Assembly (NCBI GenBank): GCA_964342815.1
Contig: CAYFHS010000035.1
Coordinates: 5,077 to 46,548 of the forward strand
Direction: 5' to 3'
Length of the DNA stretch: 41,472 nt
Source: an uncultured archaeon
GTDB taxonomy: Archaea > Thermoplasmatota > Penumbrarchaeia > JASLWR01
Each line of letters begins with the position of its first letter. The stretch's first letter is position 1. The notes under the pieces were generated by a model that made no database searches, was not told the origin of the DNA, and saw only the letters and a program-made list of their open reading frames with translations. Shown piece after piece: positions 16,376 through 25,166 of the stretch. The position numbers and the translations under genes are program-made.

Positions 16376-16965
16376 TTTACCAGTCTTCCGTACAGGCGGT
16401 TTATATTGCTTGCTCGAGCGGTCCCCCTCTTAAGAGTTCCATAAGCTGTTTTCATCTTCGTGATTGCCACGTTGTTACCTTTTTCAGTGACGATATCCCC
16501 TACCGAAAATTCCTCGTCCGGAGATGCCCAGAAGTAGATACTGGTGGTTGTAGCACCCCGATTTATGGCAAGCCCCATCTTCACCTTGTCGTATCTCATG
16601 GCCCAGATGGTGACAATGTCAGACACTAATCCTTTATTTACTCTCTTACCGGCTAGCTCTATGGAAGTTACTTTCACGGGATATTCGTCAAGAAGAAGCT
16701 CGTCGTCTACGTATAGAAACTCATTTTCGGGCAGACTGATGGAGGACCTATAAGAATGTCCTTCGTCGGAAACTACCATTGGCACTTCACGCTCTTTTGG
16801 GATCTCCATGTTCTCAAAATGCACGAACCCGCAGTCCGAACACCTGAGGGTGCATTCCAGTTTCCCCCCCTCTTTTTTGCCGATCCGTCCCTTTAAAACC
16901 TCGTGGGCCGTTTCCTCACCGCATTTAGTACATACGGTATAAACTGCATCGGGTAGTTCTTTCAA
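16372..16965 (-). CDS. HVO_0476-family archaeal Zn-finger protein
   Basis: CTKCGEETAHEVLKG...CSDCGFVH; 'VTSIE...V..I.TIWA'; overlaps pcm by 4 nt. Confidence 0.8.
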   Translation of the reverse strand: MKELPDAVYTVCTKCGEETAHEVLKGRIGKKEGGKLECTLRCSDCGFVHFENMEIPKEREVPMVVSDEGHSYRSSISLPENEFLYVDDELLLDEYPVKVTSIELAGKRVNKGLVSDIVTIWAMRYDKVKMGLAINRGATTTSIYFWASPDEEFSVGDIVTEKGNNVAITKMKTAYGTLKRGTARASNINRLYGRLVK

Positions 16966-17047
16966 GTATTATTCACCTTCTTTCAGCTACGCTTGGTATT
17001 TGCATAAAAAAATGTTCAACATTGGAAAATTAAATGGAGAGCTGTGC

Positions 17048-18415
17048 CTACAACTTAGTTCCACACGCGGGACACATTGCCCAACCCTCTTTCAATTCCC
17101 TGTTGCAGCTCGGGCATGAACTCGGTGCGGCCGGGGGTGCGGGAGGTGCCGGAGAACCGCCTCCGCCCACGTTGGACCGCATCATTACCGAATCCTCCAC
17201 TTCCACGTTTCCTCCGCCTGATATGTTCGAGCGCTGAACCGTGCTGCCCCTTATGACGGTGGACCCGCCTCCTCCATCACCGCTTCCACCGCCTCCTCCT
17301 CCGCCGATGTTGGAGCGCTGCAGAACCGAATCGTGGATCTGCGTCGAATGATCCGATACGATATCCCCTATTGAGCCGATATTAATGTGGGTTCCGGAAG
17401 CAGCCACTTGCTTTTCGGGTTTCATAACCTTTATCCAATCCTGTCTGGAATGTTTGAATTCGCGGCGGTTCCTGTCGTAATAGATGGCGGATAAATGTGC
17501 TGGAACTCTTCCCGCTTCCGCTGCCTTCATTCCTATCTCGAGAACCTCCGATTCCCCCGCCGCAATATGATGTATCGTATCGATGGGACTTACCTCGACA
17601 GGTCCCTTGACTTCTACCGAAATGTTGTATATGTCCACCTCGGAATGATTCTCCACCTTCAACTGTATCATGCCCCAGCGTTTGTAAGGAAGTTCTTCCT
17701 CTATCACGTCGAGATGGACTCCCGGTTTCCCGGTTTCCAGAACTTCTGCCGGAGAGGGTGGGACCGGTGCGGAAGGTGAATGCGCTGCAGGTGGAGGAGG
17801 TGAATGAGCTTGGGGTGCCGGAGCCGTCTGATAAATGTTCGTAACCTGGGTTCCTCCGCCCATGCCGCCTCCCAACATTGAATTTATCCTCTGGACCGCA
17901 TCCATGAGATTTTCTCTTACCTTGGGATCAGGGTCATTCAGCAATCTCTGGAGAGTGTCGAGATGGGATTTGAAAAGCATTGGAGCGGTCTTTGCTCCCG
18001 CCTTGATCAGCTTCGCAGTCATTTGTTTAACCTTCGGGTCCTGATGCCCCAGAAGCGAAATGATGCGGCCAAGATGCGGTGAAAGAGCGTTTATGTTCTT
18101 TTTCATCATTTTTTCCAGTTTCTTCGCCGCCTTTTTTCTCGATTCACCATCCCAACCCTGCAGTTGCTGAAGGTACATCTCTACTTCACTGCCCGCTCTA
18201 TGAGCTGGTGGAGCGTGATGGCCTGGAGGTGGTGCGGCATGATGCCCGGGAGGAGGTGCCCTGCCGGGAGGTGGGGGCGGAGCATGATGGGAATAATCCT
18301 TGTATTTTTTGTCTTTCTTCTTCTTTTTATGTTTCTCCGGTTTGATACCGATCTCTTTCATTCCCTTTTTCAGACCCTTTTTAAGTTTTTTTTCAAGAAA
18401 ACCCATATTAGCCAC
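17048..18415 (-). CDS. Hypothetical multidomain protein: Lys/His/Pro-rich N-terminus, HEAT-like repeats, Ig/CARDB-like domain, Gly-rich (D/G)SxxxRSN repeats, C-terminal Zn-ribbon
   Basis: LLGHQDPKVKQ / LLNDPDPKVRE; LKVENHSEVDIYNISVEV...IAAGESEVLEI; DSVLQRSNIGG, GSTVQRSNISG, DSVMMRSNVGG; CPSCN...CPACG. Confidence 0.8.
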   Translation of the reverse strand: MANMGFLEKKLKKGLKKGMKEIGIKPEKHKKKKKDKKYKDYSHHAPPPPPGRAPPPGHHAAPPPGHHAPPAHRAGSEVEMYLQQLQGWDGESRKKAAKKLEKMMKKNINALSPHLGRIISLLGHQDPKVKQMTAKLIKAGAKTAPMLFKSHLDTLQRLLNDPDPKVRENLMDAVQRINSMLGGGMGGGTQVTNIYQTAPAPQAHSPPPPAAHSPSAPVPPSPAEVLETGKPGVHLDVIEEELPYKRWGMIQLKVENHSEVDIYNISVEVKGPVEVSPIDTIHHIAAGESEVLEIGMKAAEAGRVPAHLSAIYYDRNRREFKHSRQDWIKVMKPEKQVAASGTHINIGSIGDIVSDHSTQIHDSVLQRSNIGGGGGGGSGDGGGGSTVIRGSTVQRSNISGGGNVEVEDSVMMRSNVGGGGSPAPPAPPAAPSSCPSCNRELKEGWAMCPACGTKL

Positions 18416-18539
18416 TCCAAACTTTTCACAAATTATATCCGTTTCTCTAATCCGATATAACTATTTAAGTGTTTTAATAATATTTTCACTATCCTTCCGA
18501 AGTCTCGTATAACAACCCTTGTGATCATGGATCGAGCTA

Positions 18540-19823
18540 TTATCGATATAACTCCACATACGCATTTACCACGGCATCCCACATATAATCTCTTTTTATC
18601 TTCTCCCGAAAAGCGACCGTCATCTCTATGCTTTCATCCCAGTGGTCAAGTACCCATTGGATTCCCCTGGAAAGATTTTCAGAAAGATTATCAAGCGGCT
18701 CATGGGTCTTACTTGCCGCTACGCCGTAATCGGTAACCACGCCCCATTCATGTTCAGATGCGCGAGGCCCATCAATAACGAAGCGCGGCCCAACGGTGTC
18801 AGTGGTAACAATTATATTCCCCCTGGCTCCCGCTTCCACGATGGTAATGCCGAATGTATCCTGCAGCGTTGGAAGTATGTAGACCTGTGCAATGTCCAAC
18901 AATTCAAGCTTTCTTTCTTCGCTCACATCGATGTGGAATTCGATATTTATGGTTGATCGCCCCGCCAATTCCTTAAGTAAATCGAGATAGGAGTCCACCG
19001 AAACCCGCCCAACTATCCACAGGGAGATTCTTGTATTCCCTTCTACGGCAGCTTTTTCCAATCCCTCAATGGCAAACTGTATTCCCTTGCTGGGATCAAT
19101 TCTGGATAGGAGTATCACATTCAATATTCCACCGCTTTTAGGATGGCCATGGAGTTTTTCAAGGATTTTTTCCTTCGATATCAGCATTCCGTCGTCTATT
19201 CCGCTGGTAATGACTTTTATCTTATCCCCTACCTCGTCTTGGGCAATTCCGAATTCTTCCATCAAATCGAATATTTGATCTTTTACTGCCGGGCTGGGTG
19301 CCACTATCGCATCTGCAAACCGGTATTCGGATTCCTTTCGTCTCAAACCCCGAATATGCTCCTCGTCCCCTTCCGAATGACCAGTGGCCATTTTTTCCAT
19401 CTCGTAGAGGGATTCCACGGCATGTACGGTGGTAACAACCCGTTTGACTTTTTTCCGTACCAACCTGGGTAGAAGACCAACAACCATGTGATGGCCGTGC
19501 ATGTGGGCCACGTCGAATTCCTTGCCGTGAATCTTCAGCCATTCCGCCGCCATTTCGCAAAACAAGCGGATTCGGTCAAACTCTTCGTCCTTGGACCCGA
19601 CGTAAGGATGCTCGATTCCTTTTTCCACCAAGAAACGGACTATTTTCGGATTGTCTCCGCTTTCATTATCTGTCACAGTCTTTTCCGTATGGATTGAAAG
19701 AAGGGTTACCCTGTGTCCCAGCTCCACAAGGCGGCTAACGATCTCTTCAACATGAACGCCCCCGCCACCTGTAACGGATTTGCCGTATTGCAGTGAGATC
19801 ATGGCTATGTTCAAGTTGATCAC
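18540..19823 (-). CDS. GT4 (GT-B) glycosyltransferase
   Basis: GGGGVHV, HMHGHH, LSRIDPSKG, PTLQDTFGITIVEAGARG; GTGA overlap with the upstream GT4. Confidence 0.88.
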   Translation of the reverse strand: MINLNIAMISLQYGKSVTGGGGVHVEEIVSRLVELGHRVTLLSIHTEKTVTDNESGDNPKIVRFLVEKGIEHPYVGSKDEEFDRIRLFCEMAAEWLKIHGKEFDVAHMHGHHMVVGLLPRLVRKKVKRVVTTVHAVESLYEMEKMATGHSEGDEEHIRGLRRKESEYRFADAIVAPSPAVKDQIFDLMEEFGIAQDEVGDKIKVITSGIDDGMLISKEKILEKLHGHPKSGGILNVILLSRIDPSKGIQFAIEGLEKAAVEGNTRISLWIVGRVSVDSYLDLLKELAGRSTINIEFHIDVSEERKLELLDIAQVYILPTLQDTFGITIVEAGARGNIIVTTDTVGPRFVIDGPRASEHEWGVVTDYGVAASKTHEPLDNLSENLSRGIQWVLDHWDESIEMTVAFREKIKRDYMWDAVVNAYVELYR

Positions 19824-20989
19824 CTCTCTCCGGTGGACTTTTTCACAGCTTTTCCGAACAGTTCCATGTAACCGTTAACCATGTTCGGGAGCCCGTAGAT
19901 ATCCACCACGGCCTCTCTTGCGTCGGAAATACTTTTACCCAATGAAGTCAAATGATCCAAAGCCCAATGGATCGATTCGATCATGTTGGATTGATCCCCT
20001 GCCGGAAAGATAATTTCGGAAGCAAGGCTCGGAACTAATTTCTTAACGATCTCCGCATAACACCCGATGTCGCTGCATATGAACGGAGTGCCCGTGGCAA
20101 CAGCCTCGGGAAGTTGAAGCCCGAATCCCTCGTTGATGCTGGGAAACACCAGGAGGTCCGCAGCGTTGAAATAGGGTGCCAGGGACGTTTCCCAGGGAAC
20201 GGGATTGGTCTCGAGAATTACTTTTTTTCCTACTCCGCAGTCCTTGGCAGCATTTTGAATTTCTTCTATCACCGCATCGGTTTTCCCGGGTTCCACCGTG
20301 CTGGGGATCGCTCTTATATAAAGAATGATTTTTTTATCCGTTCTTTCGAGAACTTTTGAAAAAGCCGATATTAACTGAGGAAACTGCTTTCGCGGAACGG
20401 CGCGCGCATAAGAACCAATCAATATGACATCGTCAGGTATGTTCAATCCAGCGCGTATTTCCCTTGATTCGTTTTCATCGGGTCGAAACTTTTGCGTGTT
20501 GATAGAGTTCTTGACCACACCGCAATTGTATCCGTCCGCAAGGAAATCGGTCCCAAGTTGTTCCGATACGGCGGAAAAGGCAACACCCCTGTCGATCAAC
20601 CATTTCGATGTGACCGTGTCGTTAGAGGAATAGTCGTGAATAGCGTTGATAACCGGTGTCCCGGTGTCCAAGGCGCCTCCTATGAATGGCTTCACAATAT
20701 CTTCAAAGAAGAGTGGAAAATGGAAGTTGTGGCATAGAATAACTCTTGGATGCGGAATCGCCTCCAGTTTTCGGGCCACCTCCTTGCGAATATCGCCTTC
20801 CCGAGTGAGTAATACTGTTTTAAAGTGATCGAATTCACCAGGGGTCCCGTCGAAAGCCAGTACCGTAGGTTTTTCTTCTTTGGCAATCTCACACAAACCT
20901 TGAGCCAGGTCCGCAATGACTATGTTTACGCCGCTGATCTTTTCGAGAAAGGTATAGTGCGCATTTATTATGTTGATCCCGCTTTTCAT
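19820..20989 (-). CDS. GT4 (GT-B) glycosyltransferase
   Basis: ATG after SD GGTGA; ARAVPRKQ, AADLLVFPSINEGFGLQLPEAVATGTPFICSD. Confidence 0.88.
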   Translation of the reverse strand: MKSGINIINAHYTFLEKISGVNIVIADLAQGLCEIAKEEKPTVLAFDGTPGEFDHFKTVLLTREGDIRKEVARKLEAIPHPRVILCHNFHFPLFFEDIVKPFIGGALDTGTPVINAIHDYSSNDTVTSKWLIDRGVAFSAVSEQLGTDFLADGYNCGVVKNSINTQKFRPDENESREIRAGLNIPDDVILIGSYARAVPRKQFPQLISAFSKVLERTDKKIILYIRAIPSTVEPGKTDAVIEEIQNAAKDCGVGKKVILETNPVPWETSLAPYFNAADLLVFPSINEGFGLQLPEAVATGTPFICSDIGCYAEIVKKLVPSLASEIIFPAGDQSNMIESIHWALDHLTSLGKSISDAREAVVDIYGLPNMVNGYMELFGKAVKKSTGER

Positions 20990-21023
20990 CTTATTCACCA
21001 ATTATACCGATGTGTTTTATTCA

Positions 21024-21298
21024 GCGGAATCGGTCCCTTTGGGCACACGTTTCACTACGCAACACCCTCCGGGCATTGCTGTGCCCGACATATAATCGGA
21101 GATTATATTAGGGTTCGGAGAAACTTTGTTTCTCCATCACCCTCGGAAACCAAATGTTTCCTGCGGGCTCCCGTTGTACTCCGGCATACCTTTTGGTACG
21201 CCTACGCCTTCGATTTCCTGCGGAAATCTACAGGCCCCGATTCCGCGAACTATGACAGGTAACGCCCTGTCATGCCAGACGAGCCGTTAGGGTCGTCG
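21024..21298. ncRNA. Candidate structured RNA or MITE-like element 2 (unassigned)
   Basis: Perfect 10-bp closing inverted repeat GCGGAATCGG (21024-33) / CCGATTCCGC (21237-46) enclosing six hairpins, plus two more hairpins at 21252-73 and 21278-97. No credible ORF. Confidence 0.65.
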
Positions 21299-21330
21299 AG
21301 GATTGTTAAGCTGCGAATCTCGATTTTAGT

Positions 21331-22563
21331 CTAGCTTCGCATCATTGACAATATGTAAGTGTCTGCAACAGTATCCCATGAATATTTTTTCATAATGGTC
21401 TTTATTCCCTGGGCCGATATTTTTTCGTGAACGGACCCATTGTTCAGCAGCAGGAGAATCAACCTCGCGAATTCCTTCTCATCCACCGGGTCCACCAGGA
21501 ATCCATCCTTTCCATGGGTGATTATGTGGGATGGACCGCCGAACTTTGTTGCGATAACTGGAGTACCCACACTCATGGATTCCAGTATGGTCAGTCCGAA
21601 AGGCTCGTATCTTGACGGAACAATGAACATCTCTGCCGCAGAATAATAAGCCGGAACTATATCGTCCGGCAGGTACCCGGTGAATAGAACATTGTCATGG
21701 ATTCCCATATCCCTGGCAATTCCCTTGAGTTCCGTTAATACTTCTTTTTCATCTTCACCCATATCCTTTGAGCCGCCTCCTATGATCAGAACAAGGTCAT
21801 CCACTTGTTCCATCACGGACCCTGCCGCTCTGATGAGAAGATCGAGCCCCTTTCTCGAGTCGATACGGGAAAGGGAAAAAATAATTCGTTTTTGGGAAAT
21901 TCCTATCAAGGCCCTTGATTTCCCCCTGTCGGCGGGAGCAAATCGGGCGGTATCCACCCCGGGAGGTATGATCCTTAATTTTTCTCCTTTGATGTCATAA
22001 TCCCTAATATAATCATCCATTTCCGTCGGCGTCGAAACGATTATCGATCTTGCAGCATCGAATATCTTTTTTTCACTGCTGATCCTTCGGGTAAAAAAAA
22101 ACCTTTCCTCATTTTCAACAGTATCCTGCATTTGTTTTTTCTTGAGGATTCCAAGTGAGTGGGATGTGTGTATAAAATAGGTGTGAAATCGTTCTGCCAA
22201 TTCCATAGCAACAAAACCTGCATCCCAGTAATGAGAATGAAATACATCATAGCTCAATTTTTCGTCTCTGATATATTCTTCCATATTATACGTGAATTCG
22301 GAAAAATACGGGAAAAGCAATTCTTTCGGAATGAAGGAAGTACCACCGCAGGGTATGCGGATTATCCGTACACCCGGACCTACGACCTCGATCCTATCTT
22401 TTCCTTCGAACCACCTCGTATATATGTCGACCATCACGTCTCTCTTGGCAAGGTGTCGTGCCAGTTCCAGCACGTAAACGATCTGTCCTCCTGTGTCCGT
22501 TCTTCCTAGGACGGGCACTGCATCGAAATACCCATGGACGCTTAGCATGCAGACTGATTTCAT
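21331..22563 (-). CDS. GT4 glycosyltransferase, sucrose-phosphate synthase / mannosylfructose-phosphate synthase-like
   Basis: SVHGY..PVLGRTDTGGQIVYVLELARHL, RIPCGGTSFIPKE, HSHYWDAG, HTSHSLG, SRIDSRKG, EPFGLTILE. Confidence 0.85.
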   Translation of the reverse strand: MKSVCMLSVHGYFDAVPVLGRTDTGGQIVYVLELARHLAKRDVMVDIYTRWFEGKDRIEVVGPGVRIIRIPCGGTSFIPKELLFPYFSEFTYNMEEYIRDEKLSYDVFHSHYWDAGFVAMELAERFHTYFIHTSHSLGILKKKQMQDTVENEERFFFTRRISSEKKIFDAARSIIVSTPTEMDDYIRDYDIKGEKLRIIPPGVDTARFAPADRGKSRALIGISQKRIIFSLSRIDSRKGLDLLIRAAGSVMEQVDDLVLIIGGGSKDMGEDEKEVLTELKGIARDMGIHDNVLFTGYLPDDIVPAYYSAAEMFIVPSRYEPFGLTILESMSVGTPVIATKFGGPSHIITHGKDGFLVDPVDEKEFARLILLLLNNGSVHEKISAQGIKTIMKKYSWDTVADTYILSMMRS

Positions 22564-22669
22564 GGATGGGGGTAGAACATGGGCCGATATATATTTTTAC
22601 CCCCGGTTATTATGGTCATTATAGGGAAAAAATTTGAGTGAAAAATATTAAAAATTGTAAGATTACCTT

Positions 22670-23077
22670 CTATAAAAATCCATTGAATGAATTATTTCGC
22701 GTTTGCTTGACCTGTCTTTCCTTCCTGTTTGCCTCCAGTTTGAATGCATCTTCGATCTCCTTGTACTCTCCCATTTTATTTCTGGCGTAAGCGGGTATCG
22801 CTTCTCGTATGCCCTCCGCGATTGAGTTGATGATACCATCTTCCACAAGGCGACATAGTAGCATGTAGGCCCTTTCGTTAAGTCTCAACATCAGTTCTCT
22901 CGTTTCCACCGCATTTTTGTTTTCCGTCTTTGGAAGTCGCCTTTCTATATATTCATCTAATGCGGCTCGAAGGGTTTCGGATAGTTTTTCTTCACCGTCA
23001 TTTACCATGATCTTTTTTAATGCTTTCTGGGCCTCAGTAGTGATCCGCAATGCTATGAGGCAGTCCTTTTTTGGCAT
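22670..23077 (-). CDS. CopG/ribbon-helix-helix regulator with two tandem RHH-like domains
   Basis: IALRITTEAQKALKKI...LSETLRAALDEYI and LMLRLNERAYMLLCRLVEDG..SIAEGIREAI. Confidence 0.7.
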   Translation of the reverse strand: MPKKDCLIALRITTEAQKALKKIMVNDGEEKLSETLRAALDEYIERRLPKTENKNAVETRELMLRLNERAYMLLCRLVEDGIINSIAEGIREAIPAYARNKMGEYKEIEDAFKLEANRKERQVKQTRNNSFNGFL

Positions 23078-23102
23078 AATAATCCCTTGTTAACTTTCCT
23101 AT

Positions 23103-23143
23103 TACATTCGTTATACATTCGTAAACATAACATCATTATATAA
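23103..23143 (-). promoter_or_regulatory. TATA box and tandem direct repeat (candidate RHH operator)
   Basis: TACATTCGT at 23103 and 23114 (11-bp period), lying between palindromic TTATATAA (23136-43) and the RHH start codon. Confidence 0.45.
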
Positions 23144-23255
23144 TATATTCGGTCCCGCTTCTACAATGGAAAATCATTGCCCTTGTGATAAAAGTCGATG
23201 TCCCCAATCTACTGGGTAGAAATATTTAACATAGCGATTTGCATTACCCGGCGAC

Positions 23256-24128
23256 ATGAAGGAACATGGTCCGCTTTTAGAAAAAAATTCAGATATTAGA
23301 GAGATTTCCAAGGACCTATCGGATAAGTTACCCTCTGCAGTCGATATATGCAGACGCGCAGGTCAAATCGTCTTGGGCCACTTCGAGGGTGAGATTGCTG
23401 CGGAGTACAAGGGGGATATCGACCTGGTTACCGTTGCTGATAGAAAGAGCGAAACCTTCATCGTGGAAGAACTTGGAAAACTTTTTCCTGATCACAAGAT
23501 TTTGGCGGAAGAAGGAAGCGGGACCGAAAACGGCTGGGGTATGGGTCGGGAAAAAGGTTTCAAATGGATCATTGATCCTCTGGACGGGACCACAAATTTC
23601 ACCCATGATTACCCCCATTTCGCAATTTCAATGGGTCTCGAACTTGAAGGGAAGATGAAATTCGGCGCTATATACTCGCCACTGTCGGATGAAATGTTCG
23701 TGGCCGTGAAGGGAAGAGGTGCGACGCTCAACGGTGACCGTATCTCCGTCTCCACCGCTTCATCTCTTGGAGTCAGTCTTCTGGCCACGGGGTTTCCATA
23801 TGACCGGAGAACCAACCCAAATAATAATGTTAATAATTTTTCAAAGTTTATCAACAAAGTACAGGGCATACGCAGAGGCGGTGCTGCTACCCTTGACCTA
23901 TGTTATCTGGCCTGTGGGCGCATCGATGGTTTCTGGGAGCTTCGGCTCAAACCCTGGGACGTTGCTGCAGGAACGCTCATTGTAGAGGAGGCAGGTGGAA
24001 AGGTTACCAATCTCGAAGGCGGACCGCTTAATATTTACCATGACGACATACTTGCATCCAATGGTTTGCTTCATAAGGAAATGCAAATGCTCTTGAACAA
24101 TGACATGGTTCGCTTGAAAACATTGTGA
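23256..24128 (+). CDS. suhB: Inositol monophosphatase family protein
   Basis: DLVTVADRKSE, ILAEE, WIIDPLDGTTNF, GRIDGFWE..LKPWDVAAG. Confidence 0.93.
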   Translation: MKEHGPLLEKNSDIREISKDLSDKLPSAVDICRRAGQIVLGHFEGEIAAEYKGDIDLVTVADRKSETFIVEELGKLFPDHKILAEEGSGTENGWGMGREKGFKWIIDPLDGTTNFTHDYPHFAISMGLELEGKMKFGAIYSPLSDEMFVAVKGRGATLNGDRISVSTASSLGVSLLATGFPYDRRTNPNNNVNNFSKFINKVQGIRRGGAATLDLCYLACGRIDGFWELRLKPWDVAAGTLIVEEAGGKVTNLEGGPLNIYHDDILASNGLLHKEMQMLLNNDMVRLKTL

Positions 24129-24137
24129 GGAAAAAAA

Positions 24138-24998
24138 ATGGAAAGTTCCCAGGAAAATGGAATAATTGATCTGCACACGCATTCTCTAATGTCGGACGGC
24201 TCAGATTCTCCGATTGAGTTAGTGAGAAAGGCCGAGGAAGGGGGATTAGTCGGGCTGGCTCTTACGGATCATGATACTGTCAAGGGAGTCACTACGGCCA
24301 AAATGGAAGCTGAGGCAATGGAGATGAAGTTCCTCGAGGGTGTTGAGATCGGCTGCCACGACGAATTCGGCAATCTTCATATTCTTGGTTATTTCAAGGA
24401 TCTGGAAATCGAAAGGTTCTCGAAGGATCTGGAATGGGTAAAGAAGGCCCGAAATGAGCGTAATAGAAAAATACTTGAGAAACTCGGTGTAGAAGGCATG
24501 CCTATCAGCATGGACCGTTTGAAAATGTATGCCGGAGACGACGTGATCGGGAGATTGCATATCGCCAAGAGTATGCTTGGCGAGGGATATGTCAGCTCTA
24601 TGAAGGAAGCATTCAAGAGGTACCTGAATGTTGGTGGCAAGTGTTTCGTTCCCAGAAAGACATTCACTTCCAGAGAAGCGATAGAACTCATAAAGGAATA
24701 TGAAGGTCTTGCAGTCATGGCCCATCCATTTCTTATACCCGCTCAGAAGATGGAACTGACACGAATAATCAAAGGTCTTGTGGGGTTAGGTATTGACGGG
24801 ATAGAGGTTTATTATATCGAGAATACTCCTGATGAAACCCGGTTTCTGGAAAATATCAGTTACAAGCACAATTTAATGCCCACGGGAGGTACTGATTATC
24901 ACGGAATTAACAAAGCAGGGGTATCTCTTGGTGTGGGACGGGGTGATATGAGCATTCCGTTCTCTCTCATGGATCGTATGCTCAACGAATTTAGGTAG
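24138..24998 (+). CDS. PHP-domain metal-dependent phosphoesterase (TrpH/YciV-like)
   Basis: DLHTHSLMSDG, LTDHDT, GVEI, HILGY, GRLHIA, AHP, DGIEVYY, TGGTDYHG. Confidence 0.92.
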   Translation: MESSQENGIIDLHTHSLMSDGSDSPIELVRKAEEGGLVGLALTDHDTVKGVTTAKMEAEAMEMKFLEGVEIGCHDEFGNLHILGYFKDLEIERFSKDLEWVKKARNERNRKILEKLGVEGMPISMDRLKMYAGDDVIGRLHIAKSMLGEGYVSSMKEAFKRYLNVGGKCFVPRKTFTSREAIELIKEYEGLAVMAHPFLIPAQKMELTRIIKGLVGLGIDGIEVYYIENTPDETRFLENISYKHNLMPTGGTDYHGINKAGVSLGVGRGDMSIPFSLMDRMLNEFR

Positions 24999-25166
24999 AG
25001 ATCGAAGCTTGTTCTACACAATGCCTGGCACGGTCTTCACAAATAAATCATTATAAACAAAAGTATTATGTATTATCTTATGTTTCGGAAAAACCATTAT
25101 GGAATATTTATATAGTTATTGGTATGTTTTTCCAATTTCCTTTCGTGATTCTTTAAGGTGTCATAG

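Noticed and set aside
21024-21298. Element 2 as RNase P RNA, a group I/II intron or a known riboswitch
   Set aside because: Only loose fragments resemble these (AGTACAAC, GTGAAAC). No P4 GAGGAAAGUCC, group II domain V or riboswitch core could be matched by eye, so it is left unassigned.
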